Shown here in pieces: positions 13,551 through 25,779 of a stretch of 64,000 bases of DNA. Both the position numbers and the translations under genes were made by a program. Source of the DNA: Callorhinchus milii (lineage: Eukaryota); NCBI RefSeq assembly GCF_018977255.1, contig NW_024704742.1, positions 47,246,001-47,310,000 on the forward strand, in the 5' to 3' direction. Positions within the stretch are counted from its first letter, which is position 1; every line of letters begins with the position of its first letter. The notes under the pieces were generated by a model. The model ran no database searches. It saw nothing but the letters and a program-made list of their open reading frames with translations, and was not told the origin of the DNA.

Positions 13551-13877
13551 CAGGATGTCCACAAAGTCCTCTTATCCCCTGTTACAAAACAGCGGTATGA
13601 GACTACGGAGAAGCTGAAACAAGCTATCAGAGATCCATTTCGCCTCCTCACTCCGTCATGTTACGGAAGATGTCACACCAAACATGGTAACAGATCATTT
13701 TCTGCCATGAAAGCGATGGCGCTCACACTGATTTTCTGGACGTCTAAATACAGTTAAACACTTGTACTGAATACAATTAAGTACCCCCTAAATACAAATA
13801 TCATCATTCTTCCACATGTTTCAGTTGTTGGTCAGTGAACTGTAGGAAAAAAGTAACAGGACTTTGTGGACACCCTG
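13551..13877. mobile_element. Non-autonomous Tc1/mariner-type MITE, 327 bp
   Basis: TIRs CAGGATGTCCACAAAGTCCT / AGGACTTTGTGGACACCCTG (1 mismatch in 20), TA on both flanks, no ORF. Confidence 0.85.
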
Positions 13878-14366
13878 TAGATTAGTCCATTGTTGCATTG
13901 GGTTTCACAGGTTGCAGGTTGTAATCCTAGTCAGCACTTTATCTCAGGTGGGATGGAAGTTACAATTGGTCTCAAAGCCCGTGGGATAGGGAGCATTAAA
14001 TCTTCCTGATTCCTAACCAGAGATTCTGAGGAGGCATATACCTGATCATTAGATGAGGATAGGATCAGGATCACAAGTAATGCCTCATCTCTGGGATCAA
14101 AGTTATCTGCCAACGTTCACCGTGAAAGCCTGCTCTTGAATGCGAAGGGAATAATGAACATGGGCCAGCAAGGAAGATTGACTTCAGCAAATAGGGCATC
14201 TGGAACTGATTAGTAAGAAACGGAAGGAGATTCAAAAGAAACACCAGTTCCGGGTCAAATGGCTGCTGTCACTGCTGGAAGAATCAATGATCCCAGGTTT
14301 GAAAGCGAAAAGTCCATCTGGAGATCTTGGTCATCATTATTACCAGTGACTAGTGCTGTAGATTCA

Positions 14367-14485
14367 GGGTGGTCACGTGTGGTGTCCCTCAAAGTCCTGT
14401 CCTTGGTCCCCTCCTTTTCAACATCTACATGCTCCTCCTTGGTGACATAATCCGTAGACATGGGGTCAACTTCCACATGTATGTG
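14367..14485 (+). mobile_element. Short L2 RT fragment
   Basis: Translates as [37 protein letters not shown]. Confidence 0.9.
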
Positions 14486-14490
14486 AATTG

Positions 14491-14620
14491 GGTTCTGACG
14501 AAGGGTCGTGGACCCGAATCGTTGATTCACTTTCTCCATAGATGCTGCCTGACTTGCTGAGTGCTCCCAGCGACTTCTGTTTTTGCTTTCAGATTTTCAG
14601 CATCTGCAGTATTTTGCGTT
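14491..14620 (+). mobile_element. Penelope-like repeat remnant with degenerate minimal hammerhead
   Basis: CTGACGA-A-GGGTC-gtg-GACCC-GAATC-GTT, then tctccatagatgctgcctgacttgctgagt..cagcatctgcagt, resembling a shark Penelope-type repeat as I recall it. Confidence 0.65.
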
Positions 14621-16439
14621 TTGTTCAAGAACAACCTATTTGATATTGCAATTTGATTACTCTCGGTGGTTGTTTCATTGCTACTCTGAAGTGTATGGCC
14701 AAATGGAAGAAAACATCCAGCACTGAGAGAGTTAAGCAGAATGCTGAGGCAGTTCCTGAGTGCCATTCACCACAAGTAAAAAGGAAATTGGATTTCAGTC
14801 ACATATCCTGCTGTCTCTCATCAAGTGGTGATTTGCTCAGGTCAGGATGTCAGCTGCTTGGTGTGATGTCATTGGGTGAGAGAATCTTTTGGGGGATCTG
14901 CTTGAGTTTGGAGAAGTTTTATCCTGTAGTAACTTTGAAAGTTGAGTGAGATGAAAGCAAGACTGCAGAAACTGAACTTTCTTAAGATAGATACCAGACA
15001 TGACAAAGAATATAAGGTAGGTCTGAAATCTGCTCAGTCTTATAATAGAGGCTTTTAACTATCAGTTGGGTAAATCTTAAGATTTATTGTATGTCCCATG
15101 CATAGTGCATGTTGTGAAACGTACCACAGTTAAATGCAAGGCAGCACTTGTTGTAAACTGATTTATTTCATTTTTTTTCCCAACAAAAGTGCTGCAGTTT
15201 GCCAGCAGTATGGGTTGTAGCGCTTCAGTCTGCTTTGATTTTGAAGATTTTACTTCGACTGTGCAGCTTTGTGTCTTGGGGAATCCTTCAGTACAGAAAC
15301 TGATGTCCCTGTGTCCTGCTGGCAGAGGAGTGCTGCGCATGTATATTGATATTATCACATTGCTCCTGTACAAAGGAAAGCTCTGTGGAGTTTTATTTCC
15401 AGGTTGCATGGTGATAATGAGCTATGTGATTTTTATATTGAAAGGTTCACAGACTACAGCACACTGAAGTTAACTTTGTGAACTGTGATTCTAAATGAGC
15501 ACTGCACGTTCTGTACAAAGTGTTCTTTTGTTCACAGTGATTAATACAATTTCCAACAAAAGTCATTTAAAGTCTTGGTACTTATAATATTATTAAGTCA
15601 TTTATGTGTGTCTTATCCTGTAGGAATTATGCCACATTTAGCTCCAGGCTCTCAGTGATGTGCGGCTGAGGCATGGTCGCTGTAATGAATCTTTTTACTT
15701 GAGCCAGAATTGTAGACTTTGGGCAGTTTGAACGTGGGGGAGGGAATTTTTGGCTGTCTGTGGAAACGGCTCACCGTGCTTCATATCCAAATCAAGCTAC
15801 CGAGAATTTCACTTCTATGTTTCACATCTATATTCTTTCTCTGGACATACTCCCCTCGCCTAATCCCAGGAAGTATTAAACAGCAACTTCGACAACAATT
15901 TGCATATAGTCCCCTTCATGTGGGGTAGTGTTCTGGAGCAGTTCTCAGGTTGGTGAAAAACAAGACTTGAGGATACGAGAGTGTGCATTGGAATACTGCT
16001 GAAGCTTAACCAGTTTGCTATTGTGAATGTCAATTGGAAAGCTTTCCGCTGGTAGGACCAAACTACCATTTGAGTTGGGCAGTTAACGGAGGGCAAGTGG
16101 GAATAATCCCTGTCCCAAGTGAATGGTTTTCCCCTCCGAGTTCTGCTGACAAGCCAGGTTGTGCTTTTTCCATCTTGAACAGTGCGTTGGTATACACTGC
16201 AGATCTGCCTGACTTGGGAATCAGACTAATGAGACTGCCGCAGAGGAGCAATTTTCTTCTGAAGTTCCATTGCCATGTTTAGTCATTTTGGCAACTCTGC
16301 CCCCAAAGAGACCCTGTTTACCTCCCCCTTCCCTTAGAGGAGAGGTGGGTGTATATCGATCAGTTAGAATCAGAAGGTGTCCCAGTGTGTCTGTCCCTGT
16401 GCTGTTGTCACAGATGGACCTGATCATTATCTATCCTCT

Positions 16440-16670
16440 CTGCCTTCACCCTCTGGAATTTCATCCCACAGACCCTCTGCTTCGCCCCTCCCTTGCCTCC
16501 AAGAACCATCTCAAGACCCTGCTATTTGTGCCTTCAGTCACCCTCCTACCCCTAACCTCCCCGCCCTCCACCCCTTCTGATCCTAACCACCAGCTGCGGA
16601 TCCTTGGTTGTCCAGCGCCTTGGGACGTCCTCCTGATGTGAAAGGCGCTACACAAATATAATTTGTTGTT
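16440..16670 (+). mobile_element. L2 3' end with terminal stem-loop and (TTG)n
   Basis: ctctggaat..ctcaagaccc; agcgccttgggacgtcctcctgatgtgaaaggcgct; ttgttgtt. Confidence 0.85.
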
Positions 16671-16789
16671 TGCTCTTCTTGTATTTACCCATTGAGCCAG
16701 TAGGAGTTTAACCATTCCCTTTTAATTGTGGATTTTGTTAGCTAATTACAGTAATTTTATTAGATAGTGTTAATACGGCTCTGGCTCTG

Positions 16790-17105
16790 AATAATAATAA
16801 CCCTTACATTTGGTATAGCACATTTTTCATGGCGGGAGGATGTCCCAAATTGCTTTACAGATGTTCTGTAACGTGCAGTGAATATGTGCTTTGTGGGTGA
16901 ATGCAGCAGCTGATATGCACACATCAATGACCCATGAACAGCCATGAAGCGATTGGCCAATTTTATTCAGGGGATTTGTTGGCCAACGTCTACCTGGTCA
17001 GCCAGGTGGGGCCTCAGTTTTACGTCTTACGAAGAATGGTACCTTCAATAATGAGCATGTCCCCAGCATTGCTTTGTAGTGTCATCTTAGACTACAGTAT
17101 ATGAG
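16790..17105 (-). mobile_element. Decayed Deu-type SINE
   Basis: aataataataa..catttggtatagc..gtcccaaa tail and ttggccaa body on the minus strand. Confidence 0.6.
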
Positions 17106-18017
17106 ATCCTTGGAGCAATTTTTCTTGCTCAGCTGGAGGGAATATACAATCAAAGCCAACCCAAGAAAGAGCAGAAATACATTTTTGACAGGTATCTCAG
17201 GGAGGAAGCCACGTAGAAGAGATGAGCTATTTATTACAGGCTGGGAAATAAACTTATGTACCTCAGATCTGTACATGGCTTCCTCCCAGAGCCACCACGG
17301 ATGGTCTTTCAAGTTTACAATATTTTCTGCTCTTTCTTGGAAATATTAAGAATGGGTTTCTCTCTTAGTCATAATATGAATCAGTAATACATACACTATG
17401 AAAAGTACAAATAAGGGAGGAGAGAAAGAAACAGATTAAAGACTGTTTTTCCCTTGACTCAGAAATGGAGGGGGGGTGGGGGGAGCGAAGAGTAAAAAAA
17501 GAACCAACCCTTTGAAATGGAAACTAATAGCCCTTGGTTGTTCTCTGACCTCTGTGATCTGCATTCCTTGAATGCAGCTGTGTGTATCAAGTTCTCAGTG
17601 TTTGAATAATATTCGTTTTTAAAATGATTAAAAAATTTGCTTACATGACGGTCGCTGTCCTTATAGTAACTTGTGTGAAGTGTTTTGAGGTTATTTTCCA
17701 AAGGTTATTTTAAGAGGCATATCAAATGCAATTTATGTGAAATGCATCTCAATTTTGTGAATTGACTTGTCCCTTGAGTACTTCAGTGTTTGTTTGCCTT
17801 TATTTTATTTGGTGAGTTCATTGCATTTGTTCACTTGCCCATAGATCATCATTATCTCTGTGATGATTGAAATATTTGAAGTGGTATCTTTGTATCTAAG
17901 ATACTTTGTTTGACCCCCGTTCTCTGCTTTTGGCCTGCTCCCATATGCAGCAACTATCTGGTTGGGAATAATTCACCTCATACTTTCGTGCTTCAGTTGT
18001 GGGCCATGATGTTGTGG

Positions 18018-19212
18018 AAACTACAGGCCAGTCAGCCTAATGTCAGTTGTGGCGAAACTTCTAGAGACTATAATCTGGGACAAAATTATTTTTTACTTAA
18101 AAAAATATTGGTTAATAAAGGACAGTCGACATGGATTTGTTAAAGGCAAATCGTGTTTAACAAACCTGATAAGAGTTTTTGATGAAGTAATGGAGAGGGT
18201 GGATGTAAGTAGTGAAGTTGATGTAGTTTATATGGATTTTCAAAGGGGTCGGTATTGGGACCACTGATCTATATAAATGACCTGGACTGGAGTATAATTT
18301 CCAAGTTTGCAGATGATACTAAGCTTGGAAAAGTCGTAAACAGTGAGGAGGACAGTAGCAGACTGCAAGAGGACATAGACAGACTGGTAAAATGGGCAGA
18401 CAGGTGGCAGATGAAGTTTAATGTGGAGAAATCCGATGTGATGCATTTTGCGAGGAAGAATGAGGAGAGGCAACATAAGCTGATGGTACAATCTTAAAAG
18501 GAGTGAAGGAACAGAGAGACCTGGGGGTTCATATAAGTAAATCTTTGAAGGTGGCAGGACAGGCAGATAAAGCTGTTAAAAAGCATATGGGATACAAGGC
18601 TTTATAAATAGGGGCATAGAATACAAAAGTCAGGAGATCACGATGAACCTTTCTAAAACACTGGTTTGGCCTCAGCTCGAGTACGGTGTTCAGTTCTGGG
18701 CCCCACACTTTAGGAAGGATGTCAAGGCATTGGAGAAGGTGCAAAGGAGATTTACCAGGATGGTACGAGGAATAAAGGACTTCAGTTATCAGGAGAGGCT
18801 AGAGAAGCTGGGATTATTCTCCTTGGAGCAGAGAAGGTTAAGAGGCGACTTAATACAAGTTTTCAAAATTATGACGGGATTCAATAGGGTGAACAAGGAG
18901 AAACTATTTCCACTGGCGGGTGGGTTGGTAACCCGAGGACACCGATTTAAAATGGTTGTTTAAAAAAAACAGAAGGGAGGTGAGGAGAAATGTTTTCACA
19001 CAGCGAGTTGTTCAGATCTGGAATGCATTGCCTGAAAGGGTGGTGGAAGCCAATTCGATAACAACTTTTAAAGAGAAGTAGATAATTATTTGACACGTTT
19101 TCAGGGTTATGGGGTGAGAGCGGGGGAGTGGGATTGATTTGGACAGATTTCAAAGAGCCGGCACAGACACGATGGGCTGAGTAGCCTCTTTCTGTGCTGT
19201 ATGATTCTATGA
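18018..19212 (+). mobile_element. CR1 LINE 3' portion (RT, internally deleted, frameshifted)
   Basis: [60 protein letters not shown]; tail tctgtgctgtatgattctatg. Confidence 0.95.
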
Positions 19213-21554
19213 TGTTGATAATATGTTCAAATATGTTCAAATATAATTCAAATTGGCCGATGAGAGTAAATGTGAGCAATGTATTAAAGTTATTTAAAAC
19301 AATTAAATAATAAAACAATTATTGATAAATAAAAACAATAAAAATTGCAGAAGGAAATAAACCCAATATGCTATGAGGACCATTTCGCCCATAAAATGCA
19401 GTCAATCCACTTTACAGTATACCCTGTGAAGCATCTTGAGATGTCCCAAAGGTGTGATAATGCGCTATATCAAATCAAGTATTATTAAATTTGTTGTGCT
19501 TCTAAAAGCTACCTCCTGAAGTTTGTTGATTTATTTTAACAATCCTCAATTTCACTGTCTTCAAGTAAACAATTCTAAACACTGAGTTCTGTGAAGGTTG
19601 GAGGAGATGACCAAGTCTATTCACCATGTGTATAACGCTGGAATAATGCTGAAAACCCAGAACTGAACTCTTTCTTGGAGGTAGCATTGAAGGTACACAA
19701 TCCCAGGTACACAATCTGCAGAAGAAAATTGCAGCTCCTTAATTTTCATTGGAAATAATTTATGACTGTAGCAATTAACAAGTTACTTATTTACATTCAA
19801 GGAAGATTTTATTGTGCGTTGCACATTTACTTCAGGAGATCGTGTGGATGTCAGCAGGTTACTTAACTTGGATTGGATTGTGAGATTAGACTAAATGAAT
19901 ATAAAATGAACAGCCTAAACAAGATAACAGTAGCGGGTGGAATCAACTTGGGAAAAGCAGAGTATTATCTGGTTATCATTTAAGGGTGAAATATGAAATT
20001 AAATTTCTAAAACCGCTGGGTCTGTGTAAATGTCGTCTTTAAGGTTAGTCATTGTGGATTGGATCCTTTTGTTGAGTTATGCTGTGGCTGGGTAGGAGCT
20101 GTGCAGAATCTTTCATCGGAAAATTGACTAGTTCATGTGGTTTAGTTTTAATGATTGTCCACTGGTTATTTCAGGATGGAGAATTGGTTAAGCAATTAAG
20201 GAGCAATACACAATTCACTCATTTCTCCCTGGTTCTTGGGTTTAGATCTGAATGTTTGATAAATGGTTTCAGCGAGATATGCTTAAAGTAGAAACCACTT
20301 GTCTTCTTGCTTTTGTTAAAAAAAACTTTGCATTTTGGTATAGCTCCTTATCATGTCGGAAAGACTTCTCAAAGCACTTCAACAGTGAAGCGCGAATTAA
20401 TAGCACTGTCACCTGTGGGTCAAATGGTTCAGGCTGGCAATGAAGCAGGAAGAGTGCTGCATTGTCATTAGTGCAAATGGTCGCTAAACTTAACAGCAAT
20501 TTCCAATGAGGGCAGTGGTGGACTAGTTCCCCGAAAGGGCTTGGAATTGCCATGTAAAATGGGAACGCTAATTGGTGGGGGGGCAAACGGCATGAAACAT
20601 TCATGCGTTTAAAAACTTTCTCAGCCTTAAATGGAACTTCTGAACTAGACTGCGTGAAATGGTAAGCATCGGGGAACATTCACTGGGTCCATTTCCTCTG
20701 TCCGCCCTTGCAATGAGGTACTTTGAGCTGGTTTGTATTTGAGCACGATACTAAATGTAGGTCTCATTTTTGCAGTTCTCTCGGTGACCTGACCAGAGCA
20801 CAACACAACACAAATATAACGTCTGGGGGTCTGAATTTTACTGACATGGCAATACATCATCTTGTTTGCCAATCAATTCTTCAATGTCCTATTCTGAAGT
20901 AGGGCACACATTACTGCTAATTTGGCCTCTCCATTGCTGAAGGCAAGGTGACAGTAACATTTGGATTTATAGTTACGTGCCCTGCAAATGCACTCTAATA
21001 TTTGAATCTTGTTGACAACAACGTCATATTGAATAAAAGGGCTGTTGATGTGTTTTTATTTGGTCATGCTGACAGTTTGTTGCTTAGTAACAGCTGCAAT
21101 TACTGGTGAAGAATATGGCCGTGTTAGGAAGGCGTGGCTCGGTCAATTGAACACGAACCAACTGACCTCATTAAACAGTGTTTGACTATCTCTGTGACAT
21201 AAATAGGTGACGTGTCATGGTCAGCAAAGGAGCTTAGTCAGACACACAGCTAAGATTTTATCACATTGAACCTGATGGCCAAAGTTCAAACTTACTTTGC
21301 CAATCACTCTGTAAGTCGCTAACCTTTTTACAGGGTACACTTCCATGTCACTAGCTAAAGAAGATGTTTGTGTCCATTAAAACTCACAAGTCTGATCTGT
21401 ATAGATCTGTATATCTGTACAGCTGCCCAAGTCCTGGTGAATTTCCTATTTAATCCATTTAAATGTATCTGTACCAGTCGTATTAACAACCGTGCAACTC
21501 GTACCACACTTCCAAATACTGAACTTATCACATTGCACACTCCACCTCACTGAG

Positions 21555-22265
21555 CCAGTCTGGATCCTTTCTACCCCACATCTGTGCCATGACCTGCTCT
21601 GCCTTCCCCCACCTCAGCGACATTGCCCGACTCCGCCAATGTCTCACACCGCAGGCCCCCGAAACCCTCATACACCCATTCATTATATCCAGACTCGACT
21701 ATGCAAACTCCTTGCTTGTCGGCCTCTCCAACTACTCCCTCCACAGACTGCAGATCATCCAGAACTCTGCAGCCCATGTCTTCTCCCGCACCAGGCTCCA
21801 TGATCCTTTCACCCCTATCCTCGCCTGACTCCACTGGCTTCCCATCACACAGAGTATACAGCTCAAGATCCTGGTCCTCAGCTTCAAAGCGTGTTGCTCC
21901 CCCCTACCTCTGCGATCTCCTAATCCCATACCATCCAGCCGCGCTGTCCGCTCCGCTGGCTCTGGCCTGCTTCACGTCCCCCGCCTTGCCCCCCCACCAT
22001 TGGCGGGTGGCCTTCTGCCATTCTGCCCCCACCCTCTGGAACTCCATCAGCATTCCCTCCGCCTCGCCCGTTCCCTTTACTCTTTCAAGACCCATCTCAA
22101 GGCCCTCCTCTTCGATCATGCCTTTGGCCATCCCCCCATTCCCCCCTGCCCTCCTCCCCTTCTGACCCCAACTACCAGCTCGGGTCCAAAACCCCTGAAT
22201 GTCCAGCGCCCTGGGACATCTTGTCAATGTGAAGAGCGCTATACAAGCGTAATTTGTTGTTGTTT
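21555..22265 (+). mobile_element. 5'-truncated L2, decayed
   Basis: IARLRQCLTP..SRLDYANSLL..LQIIQNSAA; tail stem-loop and (TTG)n. Confidence 0.9.
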
Positions 22266-25200
22266 GTTGGTTTATAAATGCATATTGTTGTTGTTGCTGT
22301 TCGTAACAAGACCAACAACTGTCTGTGAAGATGGACGCGTGTTCTCAATGATGAGTCATCAAAAACACTCAGATTTACAATGATTCACGATGAAGTGAAT
22401 GCACTTACAATCCTGCCTATTGAGCATGATTTAAAATGTAAACTAAGTTTGGATCATGCAGTTTACTTGTTTGCAACTATGAAGTCATGCAAGAAACTAT
22501 TTTGAAGAGGCATTGTTGCATATTTTGAGCACATGGTTCAAAGGGCTTCCAATTGTGATCTGGCTTAGGGTCCTCATATCTCATAATCTTGCCCTGTGTG
22601 TATGTATCTCGTCTTTGCTCTCTTTCCCCCCAGCCCCCCCAAAACAATTCTGTCCCAATCTGAATCATGACCATCTGTTAACTCAAAAGCAGTGTTGGGT
22701 TCAAGAAATGAACTGATCTTTTTTTAAAAGAACACATCCATGTGTTAAAGTGGTATAAATTAATATTTGATGCCTGACTTGAAAGACTGCATCCTTTTGA
22801 AGTTCAGTGATGGTATGACACATTGTGCCGAATGTACATTTCCAGTTCACTTTGGACAGCGTTTAAGTGACTCAACAGATCATGTAGTAATTTGGCTGGA
22901 CAGAGCTGCTGAGATGCATTTATAATGCTGCTTGACTGAGTCATAATGTGGGGGTAAAGGATTTCCATTGTAGTATTCAGCCAACTCACTAATTTTAAGC
23001 AGTGAACACTAGAAAAGTTCAATTGGTGGTGGTTTCTATCCATGCTGCTTAGCTTGATGAACAGGAGAGGACCATTCAGCCCATCGAGCCTTTTATTAGT
23101 TCAGTACATCTTTCTATTTCTAATCCCATTTCCTTGCCCTTTTCCATATGTTAACACTGTTGCTTCTAAGCCAATCCTCCCAAATATAGTACAGCCTTGT
23201 TGGGGTGGAGTGGGGAGGTAAGCTGGGGCTCCTTGTGGCCAAGCTCATAATCTTGGAACTGGTTCCTAGGTTACACAAAATGTCGAACCCAAGTCAATCC
23301 ATGATGACAGTCTCTGTAAATCTGGTTTGTGAGCCAGGTGGGTGAGCAGTACTCAACAGATTGCTGATGACAGACCCGACCAGGAAATCACAATCATTCT
23401 GGCTCATTGGTAAGACTTGGAGGGTCAGACTGGTCACTCGGAACAAAGATTTTTCTCACTCAGCTCCTATTAACATTGCAAGCCAAAGTCCTCATGGGGA
23501 GGATGGTCCTATCTAGACAAGTAGCAGACTACCTACATCATGACACCAACGATGTCATGATTGAAACCTGATATGGCCAAGTGCCTCCATTTCTTCAGAA
23601 CCGTGGCTCTGCCTCTATTTCTAAGGAAACTGAGGTGACCGAGAGCTAATGCTTTGCCTCTGCACAGCACAGCCACGATGATGCCCTGCAATGCCACATT
23701 TTTAAAACAATTGGGAATTTGAAAGTGAGTAAATTATTTGCAGTCAATTTTGGCTGATTGACATACAAAATTGGCTGACCTCAAAGTGATGGAGTAGGTC
23801 ATGAGTCCTCCCTGAGCCACCATTGGCTCTGCCACTGTACAACCCACTTATGCTATACAAGTGTAGCACTCAGCGGCTCTTTAAATTGTTCCAAAATTCC
23901 TTCAAAGAAAATAATCTCTTGTAGTTGATCCAGTGGATTTTTTTTTTTGGTCAGCCGGATGTCGGACACATGCGGAAACCCATCACCATGCTCAAGAGTC
24001 TCCAAGCCAAGCTGAGATTTCCATGCATCCCACCTACACGTTGAAATCCCAGAGATAGATTGTTGGAATGGAATGCGCACTCTTTCCCTGGAGCGACACA
24101 TCCTGCTCACCTAATTCTGGAAAGTATTAGGCGCAGGTTGGCAAGAGCCAAGGCTTGGTGTCCCCAGAGTGTGCAATGGAGTAACTGCTGGAGTCTAACC
24201 AACTAAAACTACATAGCTTGCCATTGATGGTACTGTTCTAATTTCTATTTCCCCCCCAAAGACAAACTAGCATGTTTTTCTGTAATTGTTCGCCCCTATT
24301 AACACCAACAATCCCAAAGTTCACTTAGGCTGTACATTTTACAAGGAAATTTTTCCAGCTTGTGTCTATAAGCTGAAATGCTTTTTTGGTTTTGTTGATG
24401 ACTACAATTGTTAAGCATTGACAGACGCAATATAAAGTGAGAACAGCACACTGGGTCTAATTCAGACATACATGGTTTTGTATTGTAGTGCCAGCCACGT
24501 TATGGGTACCACATATGTTATATTTAAAAATCCCAGTTTTTCTTCATTTGTGTGCCATCGTATGTTTTGGCAGTGACTTCTACTAATTGTTTGATAAATT
24601 AATATTATCCCAATGCACATTCTGGGGTTCCAAGCACTCTTTCTGGCCTGCGCCGAAACTCTCTGGGGTTAGGTTAAACACGCCACTCTCCATGCCAGAA
24701 TACCAAGATGCCATTTTCCCCATCAACATTATTAGTGGAGTCCTGCACCCCGGCCTCATACACTGGTGAGCAACTCCAAGTGTAATATTGAATTGAATGC
24801 TGTTAAATCGCAGACTTGGCCAAGAAGCTGTAACAAAGGTGGATGATGTCAGCGCACAAGTCAGACCTACAAATGAGCATGCCATAAAGCATTGCAGAAA
24901 GTGCAGTTTATACATTAGATTGCAGGATAATAAAGAGAATTGCAGTCACATTTTAGAGTGGTTGTCAGGGTCTCAGTGGGGGTGGGGTTGAACAGGATCC
25001 AGCTGTACCTCCGCTCACTTGTCACTTTCAGTTCATACCTGTTAAAAACTAATCTGATAGGCTGGTTTCTTTTCAATCCCACGTGATGTGACGTGGAAGC
25101 AGTGCTTTGAAAGGATTGGGGAACAATACTTGAGGAAGCTTTCTTCACTTTTAGCAACATTCAGGCATTGTGCCCAATTTATATCTGGATTCATATTGAT

Positions 25201-25743
25201 ATACAATGCCCTGCAACAGTCTTGTGTTTACACTCTACGTGAATCATTCTTTCTCAGTGAGAAAACTGAAAATTTATTATTTGAGCCATTTTACCAGCTA
25301 ATTAGCTGCTCTGAATATAGGTTTTCTCTCTCTTTCGCTATATAAAAGAATATCAGTATTTAGCCTTGGCTTTATTTAAATGTCTGGCTTCATGTGTTTA
25401 TACAAGGCTGCCAAGCGAGAACTTCCACATATTTACAAACTTCCTGACTAAGGCCCAGAATGAATGCCCTGTTGGTTGAGCCGGCTGATGTGGGCGGGTA
25501 TTTTCTCAGGGGCCTGAGCACATTCTCTTCACAAAGTGTTGCTTGCGAGGCTACTGAGAGTCTGATTGTGAAAGGGGTGGGTGGGGAGACCAGATGATCT
25601 CACAACAAGAAAAGCTGCGAGCTGTGCACACTGCTCTGTGTATTCTGGGTTTGTGTTTTTAAGTCCTTGAAACAAGCAAATGTAGCTTAAGGTGGTTGCT
25701 TTAACTGCATATGAGTTTAAATAGGAAGACAAGCTGAAAGCTT

Positions 25744-25779
25744 ATGGAAATGGCACCATTGTTCAGCTGGGTGGCGAAG
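25744..25779 (+). CDS. TBC1D1: Candidate alternative first coding exon of TBC1D1 (MEMAPLFSWVAK); 5' UTR extent unknown
   Basis: ATG plus 11 codons ending AAG|GTAAGG, a strong phase-0 donor in frame with the phase-0 exon at 50825; repeat-free context with a GC box (~25492) and TATAAAA (25341). Confidence 0.55.
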
